Below, in pieces: positions 38,024-51,805 of a DNA stretch of 64,000 bases. The notes below the pieces were generated by a model. It saw only the letters and a list, made by a program, of their open reading frames with translations, had not been told where the DNA came from and ran no database searches. The position numbers and the translations under genes are program-made. Within the stretch, counting starts at the first letter, position 1. Every line of letters starts with the position of its first letter. The stretch lies in assembly GCA_951406725.2 (NCBI GenBank), contig OX597817.1, forward strand, positions 113,274,001 to 113,338,000. The letters run 5' to 3'. This DNA is from Octopus vulgaris (Eukaryota).

Positions 38024-40920
38024 TGCGCACGCACGTGTGTGTGTGTGTGCAAACAAATATATTTACATTTATATATTAGTGAGAGTATTATTTTGAACCT
38101 GGATTTGTTTAAATGAAAAAGTGGTCATGCTTATCAAATTATTGTGTTGGGCAGTGTAAAATTATAAAAATAAAAAATTTTTGGCATAAATCTCAAGAAG
38201 AAAGGGGAGGAAAAAAGTAAAGCAAAGAATTATTTTTGTAGTGTTCTTATCTTGAAATTTCTAGATTCTATTGATTTATGTTGGCTTGCCTTTTCTTATT
38301 TTGGTGGGGGCACATCATTAAAAAAAACGTGTTTTTTTTTCAAAAACATTGGTTATAAACCAAAATAAATGCATTTAATATACAAGTTTCTTGAAGATGG
38401 TAATCATTTGAAATCTACCTTAGAACTTTCATTACAAAACAGATTATTTTCTTTGCTGAATGTTCCAGTAACTAACTCCAAACAGATCAGTTTGTATCTT
38501 CAGATGACATTCTTGTAATCACAGAATTCATACTTTTCAATATTTTTTCATGTGTTACCTGGTGTTCCAAGATTAGTTGCTATGAGCCAAAGAAGTGAAA
38601 AATGACAATTATAAACAGACAGAGCAGCTGTTGATATCAATATAATCATTGCTTGATATCTACTGATATCCATTTATGATCCTGATAATTGGGGGGAAAA
38701 ATTAAACATATCATTCTATTTCCTTCGAAGTAAAAAAACATTTAAATTATGATGTCTTTCTAAAGTCATAGTGGCAATTATTTACAGTGCACATCAGTAT
38801 GTTCTGGAGAAGATGAAATGACCAAATGGGTAAGATATTGCACTATCAAACTGAAACAGCTTCAATTCAAATCTGCTGCCAGCCATTTTATTGTGTCTCT
38901 GGGCAGTACGTTTAATTCTTTGTTACCTTAGTTCATCCAGATATCAGAAATATATACCAGAACTTATGGTAAACTGGTAAACAAAACAATTAGCATTCTG
39001 TCCAGTGGCAAGACTTATCTCTCTTATCTCTCTCATAATTTAACAACATGAAACTCAAAATAAACCTTGATTTTATAAGTCTTTATGGTTCATGAAGACA
39101 TCCATTTTGCACCCCTCAAAAAGTTGTACCACTTTTGATTTCATGACTTATGGCTTTCAGTTATGATAAACTTTAATTAAATATATTCATTTTGAGATTT
39201 AGTTTGAAACACCAATGATAATAACAGTTTTGTTTAAACAACATTTCAATCATTCCACATATGTTGTCATATCTGTGGACAAGATATCCGAGTCTGACAT
39301 CCATATTTTTCCACTTCCTGTATTACTGATATTTTATACGTCATTTCAAAAGTATAGCTGTTGGTATAAGATAATTTCTCATTACTGTCATCTGATATGT
39401 CATACATGCAAAGAATATTTCTTTATTGAAAATAGCACTTACTGCTTTCATCCCATATGCACTACATTAAAGCTTTGTTACTTGAACATAAGCCCTCACT
39501 TAGTGTTAGCTTTCTGTGCCATCGTAGTTTCCATTTTGAAACTATCTCATTTTATGTGTATTTCTTATTGCATGACATTGTCAGCCACACACACACACAC
39601 ACACACACATGCATGCACAGACACACACACACACACATTATATATATATATTGAACAGCTTTTCTTCCCTACGCATTTATATGAAAGATATGGCTTTGTG
39701 TTCAAGTTTGATCCTTTTTTTATCAACAATTCTTCCTAAGTCCATTAACGTTTCAAGACCTCATCTTCTGAATGAAATAACAAAAGTAGTGCATTGCTGT
39801 TGTGTTTTGTAATACACAGAAAGGGATCATAAATATGATAAAGTCATCATTGCCAGTAGTCAACTCTTGGTTACTTTCATAGTTTACTTCACATGTGCTT
39901 CATCTTCAGTGAGAGTACATTGAGTTCTTGACCAAACATTTCATTTCACATTTTTATGAGCACTTTGATATCTGATATGTGCCACACCATGCACCTATAC
40001 AGGTAATGTTGATTTGATGGAGGAAGTGAACTAATGTTCACCACAAACATTTGATCTCTATAAACAAATCATCTGTGCAGGTTGTTTAGCAAGAAGTTGT
40101 GGAAGTATCTCTATCAGACACAAGGGACTGTCAATAACATTTGTGTTGTGAATTTTTTATTTACATTTTACTATAAATAAAGTATTCATTGTTTTAACTC
40201 ATAGATAATCTGACAAAATAATCTGAAAAATTACAGAAGCTCTATTAAAAGTAAGATACAATTTATAAATCACCACACTGATACAGGAGATATGACAAAA
40301 TTATGAAATAAAACCAGAGTTAAAAACTTTAAAATTTTCACTCCATTAATAGTGACTTTTATCATTCACAGAATCATTCCTATGTTTTATACTGGCCAGA
40401 ACATAACATTGCAAAGACAGGTCACTATTGTGATTTCATCTACAGATTGGAGCCACAAAGTTCTTCAAGTGATTATGGACTTGTTACAAACGAAAATAAG
40501 GACGCAACTGAGGAACTCCCAAAAACATTGCTTTTCATACCAACATTATATTTATATATATATATACATCTGTATTTTTGTATGTGCGTGTGTGTGTACA
40601 TAGTGAAAGACAGAGGAGAATAGAGATTGTTAATAACACATTAAAGTAAAGATAGCATTTTGGTAGTATTTATGTTGATAATGTAACATATATTTTCCTA
40701 TATGAGTTATGAGTGAGGGAGTAGATGACAAAATGCATGAAGCTAAGTGTAAAAAACACAGTATGGTATGAGAATCACTGACGGAGAGGGTTCATCTTTG
40801 ATTGGAAACTTGTACATCCATCGTTTAGCTCTAGGTCTGCTGAGTGGAACTAAACAGCACATATATATATATATATATGAAGAGTGTTGTAGTTCACTTG
40901 AAGCATTGTAGTACAGATGT

Positions 40921-41298
40921 AGAATAATAGATGAAAAGGGGAATGAGGAAAGCTTCTAACAATGCAGAGAAGGAAGTTAAAAATCCTTTATATTTCAGAC
41001 ACAAAGGTCCATCTTCAGAAGTGTACAGTAATAGAAATGTGTGCCTATGTAGATCCTGCCGTTTGAACAGCCGGATAGCAGTGACTTTGTTTTAGTCCAG
41101 TGCTTGTGCTAGTAACACCAGACTAAAATAGGATCACTATCCATCTGGCTATCAGAATGGCAAGATCTACATAGACACACACTTCTTTGATTGTACACTT
41201 CTGAAGACGAGCTTTCGCACCTGAAATATAAAGGTTTTTCAACTTGCATCTCTGCAGTGTTAGAAGCTTTCCTCATCCTCCTTTTCATTTATTATCTA
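40921..41298. mobile_element. Diverged PLE-type fold-back (~180-bp arms) with a hammerhead-like motif in each arm
   Basis: Arms 40921-41102 / 41116-41298. Plus: ctt-CTGAAGA(41201-41207)...GAAA(41223-41226)-TA-TA-aag. Minus: ctt-CTGAAGA(41018-41012)-t-ggac-ctttgt-gtct-GAAA-TA-TA-aag. Confidence 0.7.
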
Positions 41299-42102
41299 CT
41301 TCATATATATATATGTGTGTGTGTGTGTGTGTATGCATACATACATACATATATATATATGATTGTATGTATATATATACATGAGAGTTCTACACATCTG
41401 CAAAACAGTCTGGAGATAAAAGACCTGCATATAAGAGAGTTGCATACTTTAGAAAATTGTATTAAAAGGTGTATGTTCACAAATTGTGAATCTGAATTTG
41501 GTATGTTACTAATTCTTAAGCAATAGATGAAGTGAATCAAAAAATTGTATACATGTGTACTAAATAATGAATTGAAAATGTGTAACAGACAATATTGAAT
41601 CTTTACATTAACATAATATTAATCTGTTGAAATTTAACCTAGTAGGTATTTTCAAATCACTTAACAAGAAATTTTTATTGATGACAGGAAAAAATTTTTA
41701 TGATATGTGTATGCTAACAATAGAAATTATATTCTAACAAGATTCAGCTTCTAAGTGTGCTAAAATATCACAGCAAATATTTTTCTTTGTGGCAGTAAAA
41801 TATCTTAGTTCTTTACAGGAATTTAACATAGAATTGTTGTGGAATAAAAAAGTTCATCTTAGAAAGATTACAACCTTCATTACTCTATTTATAAGGTTTG
41901 GTCTTCTGTAATATCTTCCAAATGTATAGTTTTAAATATTTCTTATAAACCAAATGAACTTTATTAAACTTTTTGTCAGGCTATCTTTTATATTTGCAAG
42001 AATGATATTGATGTTGTTGAGGGAACCTTTACAATGGATGAAGTGAATCTGCTTTCTTCTTCTCATGCTTGACAATAAGTTCTCTGGTGGTGATAATAAA
42101 TT

Positions 42103-42470
42103 TCATTGTTTCAGTTGAAGTTTGTCAAGGTGGTTGCATTTTATAAACATTTCAGGCTTAGCATTTAGATAACAGAATTGAACAGCTATGTAGTATGTGA
42201 CACTTTTCAGATGTATGTAACTCACACTATTCATTGTCATTGATGTATGTTTTGACTCTCCCAAGGATTTCTCATCTGATGTTGAAATCAGTAGCTTGTT
42301 TTTTCGAAATAGCAGATATGATTGAATAGTTTTGTCACACCTCTTAACTATATATCTTCCACAATTCCTATATAGTATTTACATACTACTTCAATGTTTG
42401 GTTTGGTTTGGTTTGGTTTGGTTTGGTGGGGACACTTCTAATTCATAAATTTTTTGCTCCAGTATTGCAT
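42103..42470 (-). pseudogene. Penelope-like element GIY-YIG C-terminal remnant (Naiad-like)
   Basis: QKIYELEV...(CCAAA)n frameshift...KYYIGIVED, FNIR*EILGRVKTYINDNE*CELHTSEKCHILHS, LNAKPEMFIKCNHLDKLQLKQ*. Confidence 0.75.
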
Positions 42471-42879
42471 GTATAGTTAGCCTCAGTTACTTTAGAATGT
42501 TTATGAGTTACTAGTATCTTCATATCAATGATATGCATCTATGTATGTGTGTATGAATATGTGTGTGTGTGTGTGTGTGTGGAGAGTACATCTTTTCATT
42601 TTGACATATGCTGATGTACAACTGTGTTCTAAATATGTTTTTTATTAGGGTTTTTACACATTTTCATTTGAGTTCCCTGCTGTTCATTTGTAACAGTAGA
42701 GTTCATAAGTCCATCATTAATATTCGTAGATCCTCAGAATTTCATCTTCAGAAGGAAGTAATGTTGTTATGATATGCTTCTCTGTCATAGGCAGGACTGT
42801 TTTCATTGATGTATATATCACTATCAAAATTTCAATTATGACTGTTAGATTTATGCATCAACAGCAACACATCTCTTTT

Positions 42880-43450
42880 TGTTTGTGACTTGCATTTGTT
42901 AACTTGTTTGTTTATTTCTTTTATTTTCGCTTTGTGCTGTGGTATGAGAATTGCCTCCATCATTACTTGTCTATTTTTATGGGAATTCTGTTGAGTAAAG
43001 ATGTATTATCCACAAACATTTTCCTCTCCAGTTTTGTACTGTATTGCAATTAATTGTTCTTTGTTGTAAGTGCATGAGGAGCCAGCAGTGGAGTGTCTGG
43101 ACTGTATAACATTTGAAATCATGAAGTTTACAAATTATGTATTTGCAATTGAGTTTACTTACCAATTGTAGCTGGATCATTATCATTAGGAGTTTGCTCA
43201 TAGGCTTACAATAAGATGTTTTGTTATTCATAAAACATTTGTAATTTTAATGGTTTGTAATGTGTTATTACTGTTAGTTTATGGTTTTGTGGTTTTATTT
43301 TTATGAAATTTTTTATACTATACTATAGAATGCATTTGATTCAGTTAATACATTTTATGCATGGCTTGTGCGTTTAAACCTTTAAGTGCAGAAAAGTGTT
43401 GCATGAATGTGTATCCCAAACAGGCAAAAAACAAAAAAAATATCTTTTTC
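42880..43450 (-). pseudogene. Possible second, different PLE endonuclease remnant
   Basis: LNCKYIICKLHDFKCYTVQTLH..L.HLQQ resembles NCxxxNVIYxIxC..C..YIGQT..L..R..H.QQ; downstream MEAILI and upstream LTVITHYKP. Highly degenerate. Confidence 0.4.
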
Positions 43451-44442
43451 TTTGGGGTAATTTTGATACTTATTTTCACTTTAAATAAGTACAAAAGTTA
43501 TAATAATTCTTAGTCTCTCACACAATGAAATTTACAATTTCATTACTGAAAAGTGCCATAAAATATTCACTTCCCTTTGCTGATGGCCATATCCATGTAC
43601 AAATTTTAAAACATTAATTCAGGATGTCCACTGTTCTCTAATAAAACATCAATCAATGATATCTGCCATTTAAGGGTTTGTATAATGTATTTGTTGCATT
43701 TTATTTATTGGTCTATGAGTTTGTAAAAAATAAAACACTCATCATCATTATCATCATCGTCGTTTAACATCCGTTTTCCAAGGTGGCATAGGTTGGACAG
43801 TTCGACTGGGGTCTGGGAAGCCATGAGGCTGCACCAGGCTCCAGTCTGACCTGGCAGTGTTTCTACAGCTGGATACCCTTCCTAACACCAACCACTCCAA
43901 GAGTATAGTGGATGCTTTTTACGTACCACTGGCACAGGGGCCATAGGGGGCTGGCAATGACCATGATCGGTTGGTGCTTTTTACATGCCACCGGCACGTT
44001 TTTGCTTATTCTGTGGATTTCTTCACCTAGTGCTTCATGTATGAAAGACAATCTAAATGCTATTCTAAGGAATATAGTACTGATATTTTGTACTTGTGTG
44101 AACATGAGAGCATAATCATGTCTCCATCAAAGTATATGAATATATTTGTTTTTAGTGTAACAAAGATATGATATGTCTGATATTTTTTATCTGATTATTT
44201 TACGTTTGGAAATTGCATTTCATTTGTTCTGTTGTGAATGTTGAATTTTTAGTCATTTTCCATTTCTAGATGTTTCTTTTATTTCTCAATATATTCCTGT
44301 GTCCAAAGAACTTGTAAAATACAGAGAAAAAAACCTTGATAAAAAGAAACAAAACTAAAAATCAATTATTATGCTTTAAAAACTATATAGATCTATATAC
44401 ATACATACATGCATAGATACACATACGTACATACATATATAC

Positions 44443-44714
44443 CGGAGTAAACACATAAATGTGAAACAAGGTGGAAAAAAAGAGTACTCAAATACCAGGG
44501 GTAGAGTAATATGCTTTATTTAAAAGTAGCAGAAATTCAACAAAACCTGTTACTCGGAGTTTCATGTTCCCATTCGTTGGAACGGGAACGTGAAACTCCA
44601 AGTAACAGGTTTTGTTGAATTTCTGCTACTTTTAAATAAAGCATATTACTCTACCCCTGGTATTTGAGTACTCTTTTTTTTTTCACCTTGTTTCACATTT
44701 ATGTGTTTACTCCG
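44443..44714. mobile_element. PLE-type fold-back (~133-bp arms, 4-nt spacer) truncated inside a hammerhead motif
   Basis: cggagtaaacacataaatgtg ... cacatttatgtgtttactccg. Arms read outward acg-ggaa-cgt-GAAA-ctccaag-TA-acagg (+) and CCAACGA-atg-ggaa-cat-GAAA-ctccgag-TA-acagg (-). Flanked by TA repeats. Confidence 0.8.
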
Positions 44715-45436
44715 ATATATATATACATATAGGGTTTGTGTAGTGAAATTTCATGTTACTTCAAAGCTTTCAGGTACACAGCCCTGCTGTTACATCGGGG
44801 AGGATCTTATCATCATCATCATTTAACATCCGTTTTCCATGCTGGTTGGATGGTTTCACTGAAAACTGGTAAGCTGGGGAGCTGCACCAGGTTCCAGTCT
44901 GATTTGACATGGTTTCTATGGCTGGATGCCCTTCCTAATGCCAACCACTCCAAGAGTGTAGTGGGTGCCTTTTACATGCCACCGGCATGGGTGTCAGTTA
45001 TGAAACACTGCCATTGGCCACAACTATAATCTCACTTGGCTTGTCAAGTCTATATTTTTTTTTGTTTGGACATTCATAAATACAAATAAAAAAAAATTAT
45101 AACTGCAAGCAACGACCTTTTTTCGAGTAGCATGTAGAATCTGTGGTCAGTACTCTAAATTTACAATCTATAGCCATTTTAACTTATTAACAATTCAACA
45201 TAATTATTTGCTATCTGTTTCTAGACACCATTAATATTTCTAATATTACTTGGTACTAGTTTTGGCTGTATTTTCTAACAAATATTCCTAATATTTTAGA
45301 AATAGAAAGCAGTATAATTGCCAAAATCTCTAAAATCATGCACAAGCTTTATCTTAATGTAAAATTTGATTGATTCTGCTTGTAAGTTGTAAGATTTCAA
45401 TAGAAATAGGTAGGTGAATGGAATTTTATGGACATC

Positions 45437-46100
45437 AATGATGATGATGGTGGCTGTTCACTCATGAGTGAGGAAGATTGTCACTGATCATTGTCCATGC
45501 AGAATGCCAGCAATGCCCATTTATGAGGTTATTGTACCCACAGTTGGTTTCACCTGGGTTCACACCAATAGTATCCATGCTTGTCATGGCACCCTCCTAC
45601 CCAGCCAGGCACCAAAAAGTTACCCTACTGGTGATTGCACAACTTTAAATTTTAGGACCAATGAAGCTTTCACAGCACCTCATACCTCCACCTTATTGAT
45701 ATGATCCAGATACAAGCTAGGGCAAGATGTCCAGTGCCAATAAGGGTCACAGGCTCAGGAATGTGGGAGCACCATGATCTCAAACACAAGCAAAAGATCC
45801 TCAAAATGTCCAATGCCATTCCCTACATATCTGGATTTACATCAGATTGAACTTCTTCTAGAGATATGCTTTAGCAAGTGCTGAGGGGTACCTCACTCCC
45901 AATGATCTTCCAACACAGCAGATACCAACCTGGAATTTCTGGGTTGGTATTGACAGATCTTGCTTTCAGTTCTGCTGGGTTTCTTGCAACCCTCCTCACC
46001 AGACAAGCCTAGCAGGGGTACTGATTTAGTTACCAACAGCCATACAATGCAACAGGTTGTTCTGGATTCCACTTTACCAAAATCATTCAGGAGTGACCAC
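45437..46100 (-). mobile_element. Degenerate RTE-like LINE 3' fragment
   Basis: Minus-strand GHLA and WLGRRVP*QAW resemble the RTE motifs WxGHxxR and GRPRxxW; a short (GAT)n run marks the left boundary. Confidence 0.4.
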
Positions 46101-46189
46101 ACAAGTGACTTGATATATTTATATGTGTGTGTGCGTGTGTAACTATATACCTACATATAGATATGTGTGTGTGTGTATATATTATGTTT

Positions 46190-46272
<83 letters not shown>

Positions 46273-47009
46273 ATATATATTTATGTATATATATTTATGT
46301 GTATATATATATATATTTATGTATATATATGTGTGTGTATACATATGTACATAAAAATCCTCCATATTACAGCGGGTTTGGGTTCCTGAAAACTTTGTAA
46401 GTGGCATGAAATTCCACTACACAAAACCTATTTCCCCTTCCAATTTCATTTTAAAAACTGCGATGTACTCCAACTGAATCCTTTTTCAGGAACCAAAAAA
46501 TTAATACAACTATTTTTATGCACGAAAATAGCCATATTTAAACATTTAAAGTACAGTACAGTATACATGAAAGCATTTAAAAAGAAGATTAGGAAATAAA
46601 TAAGAATAAACTTATAGCTTTCTTTTGAATGCCTTTCATGTTTATCTGTACATAATGTGCAGTTTGATCATCAATCCATATACTCAGGAGTCATTTATTT
46701 TTAAGTAATACACCAGACCTCTAAAAAAAAAACCATGTCCGGGCAGGTAATGAAATAGTTACTCAAACACATGATGAAACTTAGTCTTTCTTGTCATGTA
46801 AGTGTTGCAAGGCTTAATATTTTTGAATTGTGACTAAGTTTTCCTTCCAAATCAAACTTTTATAAAAATGATTCATTTAACATCCAAAATGAATCCCTTT
46901 TGTGACTCCACTCTGTACTCTGCTTTCACTTTTGAAATGTTAAAATCCATTTCAACTGTTGAAAGATCAAAATGTTAGGTGCAGATAAAACATTATTGAA
47001 TCTAAGAAG

Positions 47010-47093
<84 letters not shown>

Positions 47094-47170
47094 TCTCTCA
47101 AAAAATAGGAAGATAACCAGTTCTATCCATCTGGAATTGTTTACAGCCACTTTTTTCTCTTCTGTTCAGC

Positions 47171-47496
47171 CAGGGGTTTTCAATCATCTTTTATCTATGG
47201 ACTCCTTTAATTGTTATTTTATTCTGGTGGACTCCCATAGCCATTCAATGTTTAAAATTAGTTTTATAGAAGCTTTGAAATTCCTATTTTGTTTTTTCAC
47301 ACATTAACTTGTGTAGGTTGAACTATGTAAAATGTTAAAGAAGAAAATCTAGCTGTTTCTTGCAATACATACCAATTCATACATCTAAAGCAAAATTTCT
47401 TCGGGGACCATTAAAATACTATTGTCGACACCTAATTTACTATTTTGCTCTGTGGACCCCAAAAAATCTTATATGGACCCCAGCTGAGAACCACTG
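47171..47496. mobile_element. hAT MITE (inverted copy of 25139-25433)
   Basis: caggggttttcaatc ... gctgagaaccactg; internal homology to the 25139 element. Confidence 0.75.
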
Positions 47497-50123
47497 TGTT
47501 AGGTAGACAAAAAAGTGTCTTGCCTTAAGTCTTTTATAGGCTCTTCTAGACAGTTGTGAATCATAGTCAGATTGAAGCCTGTAAGAAAAGTATGAGCAAG
47601 AAAAGAATTCCAGAATACTGCAGTTATGATGAGGTATCATTGGTAAGAATGTTTAGAAGGAGTCTTCAAGCAAGTAGAGGAGAAACATTATAAATCAGTT
47701 GTGGGCAACTTGTTGCCTGTTGGACTTTATGCATGGTACACCTAACAAAAAATTACATTGAATTTTTTTAGTAGAGTGGCCCATCTGATGATGATACATG
47801 TCTCATGCATCCCACTCCTTGAAAAAGGTTGCCCATGCCTGCTACAAATGATAAGAGATGTGGGCAGGGTAGAGCAGGAAGAGTAGCTCTCTTGACATTT
47901 TAGCAGGATCTCTGATACTGGTGTGGCAGGGAAAAGAAGAAATGACAAATCATGGTATGACCTCAAAGCACAAAGAATTCTGAACAAGCTCTGCTAAAGG
48001 CACCTAAGTGTCAGACAGTGACATTGAATTGGGCTACAGAATAGGTCTTTCACAAGTACAATATGACAGACTTCCATTGCTTCTATCTACCCAGTTTCAT
48101 ACAAAATGATTGGGGTTGACCTGAGGCTAAGGTAGATACCATTTGCACAAGGTGATATGTACTTGGAAAGCAAAGTTCTTAACTACACAGTCATACCTGT
48201 GCCCATGGTTATTATACCACTTCATAGTTCAGAGAAGCAGAATCCATTGTAGTTGCAGTATAAGTGGCAGAAGGAAGTGCAATGAGGATGACAATATTTT
48301 TCCAGTTAGTCAACACAATGAAACTTTCTTACACATCAATTTTGTACTAGTTGTAAAATGTTGATAAAATCAATACAACAAATATTCTACTTTCTTACTA
48401 ATTTCTTTGAACTTAATTAGAAAGACATCATTAGAATACAATCTGCTATAATCACCCAAGGACATCTTTCTCTTTTAAATGCTAATTTTCTAATGTACTT
48501 CCTTTTGCCAATATTTCAGGCAGGAATTTGGTTAATCAGAGACTTTTACAGATATAGTTTGTCTAATTTAGAATATAGTGAGGAAATTTGTTAATGTAAT
48601 TTAATGACCTGTTGTTTGCAGTGAATACAATTGTGAATAAACCAAATATTGAAACATATTTACAATATAATGCACAAGTGATGAAAAGCAAACGCTTACA
48701 AATTTAGATCTTTGTGTTAATAGGAACTTACATATAATAAAATTACTCCATTGTATGAGATGACCATTACCTTTAATTCAAGAGAAAGAGCAGTACCCAT
48801 GACCTTTCACAGGGCCTCTGAGACTGGTGGGAGAATGGAAAGAAGGTATCCTCAAACCAGAGACCTGGCCAGGATGCTTGCTATATTTTTTTAATGTAAT
48901 AACTTCTGTTTCAGTATGAAAAGATCAGTGGGTTGTTAACACTGCATATTTCACCTTTCTGTGTTTAAAATATAGACCCAGCTAGACTGGTTTGTCTAAT
49001 ATGCATAACAGTGCATATGCTGGCAACGTGGATTAATTCATTCATTCATAGTGCACTATACATAGTTTTTGGATAATATAATATATGGTGATCATTTTAA
49101 TAAGTATATTCCTCACTGTGGAAAGTAAACAAAATGGTTACTCTGCAGGTATTTATGGGCAGAATAATTAAGAATCAGTCTGACAATTTCTAGTCTTTCT
49201 TTGATGAAGCTCCAACAACAGTTGAATCTGGTCAGATCACGCTTACTTTTAGTGTCTATGTAGTATGACCAATTTATTTTTTACAGCTACACTCAAATTG
49301 TATGCTTATTAAAAGATATACCTTACATTGCTTTACATTTAAATACTGTGTGAAGCACAATGAATTCATGCATTTGTGTGTGTGTCTGTATGTGTGTGTG
49401 TGTGTGTGTGTGTGTTGGAGAGTATGTATATTATGTATGAGCATCAATGTTTGTCTTGAGACAATGTCACCATTACTCAACATATGTTTTTTAAAACGTG
49501 CACTCAGATAATGTATGTAGAAAAACATATCAGGTTTAAGGTTACCTTAGGATAAAATGGGGGAAGAGTCAGAAATGGAGGGGTAAACTCTCCATTTCTA
49601 TCTCTGCCTCATACAAATTTTTTTTCTCACACATACACATATACATCTCTTTCACTCATCTCTCTCTTAGATGACATTGTATACAAAGTAAATATTTAAA
49701 AAAAACTATAGTTATTAAAAATTCTAATTTAAAAATCATATCTTCAAAATGTTAATATGCAGTTTCAAACATCATGGAAGGTAAAACAATTTATTTATTC
49801 TTTCACATATAAATCTGTTTATATTTTATAAAGTCAAGCATAATGTTGACTGAGTTCTCAGTTTTTACATAAGGGTTTTTTTTCAACACAGTCAATGGTG
49901 GTTTAATAAGCCATCCAACAAAACTTGGAAGTCCAAGCCAATGATAAAATTTTCAATCAGTTTGACTCTATTCTCAAAATTGAGTCACTTCATCAATAAA
50001 TATCTCCTTGTTATTAATATTTCTATATCTAACTTTAAAATAATATCCTCAACTTAATATTCACAGACACGTGCACATGCACACACATGCACGCACATAC
50101 ACACACACACACATATATGTATA

Positions 50124-50173
<50 letters not shown>

Positions 50174-50331
50174 TATGTACACACACACACACACAGATAT
50201 ATTCTTTTAGTCTTTTATTTGTTTCAGTCATTTGATTGTGATATACACACATATAAGTGTATATATGCATGCATATATATATATATAGACATATACACAC
50301 ACATATATACATATATGTATACATGCATATA

Positions 50332-51222
50332 CGAAGTCTGATCAATAAGTATCTGGACCGTTGCCATAGTAATGAAGCTAAAGCACACAGAGTGAAGCCA
50401 TTTGGTACAGATTGACCTTGAGTTCTGCTGTGCACGGGTCCTAAGTTTCAATGTTCTAGCTCACTTCTGCTGTTTACAGCAGTGCTTGGAAGGAAGGTGT
50501 GTAGCATGGGATCGTCGCATTGACCATGACAGAAAAAGTTGTCGTGGTGACACCTGCTCAGAGGCCTATGCAAAGTTGCAGAAAGTGTATGCAGAGGAGT
50601 GTATGAGCCACACACAAGTGTACAAGTGGTTCAGACGTTTCCAAGATGGCTGTAAAAATGTTGATATTGATGAACATTCTGGGAGACCCGCAACCAACCG
50701 AACTGAAAAAAACATTGCAGATGTGTGTGCAGCTGTGAGGGGAAATCTTTGAATCACCATGAGTTATCAGAAAATGTGCAGACTAGTTACAGTTCAGTTC
50801 AGTCCATAATCACTGAATATTTGGGTATGAGACGCGTGTCTGCCAAGTTTGTGCCAAAACTGCTTTCAGCTGACCAAAGAGATGCTTGGGTTTCAGTTGC
50901 ACAAGATCTCCTTGATTGTATCCAAAATGATGAAAACTTTTTGAAAATTTTGCATAGGCCTCTGGGCAATTTTTGCCAAGCTTTTGTCAAAATGTAATGC
51001 TGATTCTCTGCTCAACTTTCTCTGTTAAAGTCAGTGTGACAATTACATGCTACACACTTTCCTTCCAAGCACTGCTGTAAACAGCGGAATTGAGCTAGAA
51101 TATTAAAACTTTGTGCCTGTGCATTGCATAGTTCAAGATCAATCTGTGCCAAACAGCTTTAATCTACATGCTTTAGTTTCATTACTATAGCAACAGCCCA
51201 GATTCTTATTGATCAGACCACA
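50332..51222 (+). mobile_element. Non-autonomous mariner derivative with ~250-290-bp inverted arms
   Basis: TA-flanked. Transposase N-terminus EAYAKLQKVYAEECMSHTQVYKWFRRFQDG...DEHSGRP...LGMRRVSAKFVPKLLS (mariner HTH + WVPHEL-like motif); catalytic domain absent. Right arm 50936-51222 is an inverted copy of 50332-50586. Confidence 0.9.
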
Positions 51223-51473
51223 TATATACATATATATATGTTTGTTATATGTCAAGTTATATAAGTTATATATATAAAAAAAAAAAAAAATTTTAATATG
51301 AAACTGAAGGATTCAACACTTTTTAGAAGGGTAGATATTTATTAACCTTTTATTAACATGAAAAAAATTGACAATGACTTCAAAATTTGGGTTTGCTCAC
51401 CTTTAACAGTCTGTTGATAGGGAGCTAGCTGAAACTCTAAACTCACTGTCAATACTCTTTCCTTGTTAATGTG

Positions 51474-51516
<43 letters not shown>

Positions 51517-51523
51517 GATATCT

Positions 51524-51805
51524 AAAAAAGAGATGACTAAACAATAAATAAATAGTTATCTTATGAACTTCATTAGCTTACATCTGTTTCCTCTATATGA
51601 TATGGTAGACTGATGATTGAGTGCCTGGGTAACACCTTACACTTTCATCAGAGCTTCAAACATGCACTTCATGTTTGACGCTCTGATGAAACTGTAAGGT
51701 GTTATTCAGACACTCAACTATGAGTCCACCATATCTTATAGAGGAAACGGCTGTAAGCTAATAATGTTCATAAGATAATCATTATTTCTTTGTCATCACT
51801 TTTTT
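51524..51805. mobile_element. Diverged PLE-type fold-back with a long-stem-II hammerhead motif in each arm
   Basis: Axis caaacatg-cactt-catgtttg (~51667). Plus: gct-CTGATGA(51683-51689)-54 nt-GAAA(51744-51747)-cggctg-TA-agc. Minus: agct-CTGATGA(51651-51645)-54 nt-GAAA-cagatg-TA-agct. Confidence 0.75.
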
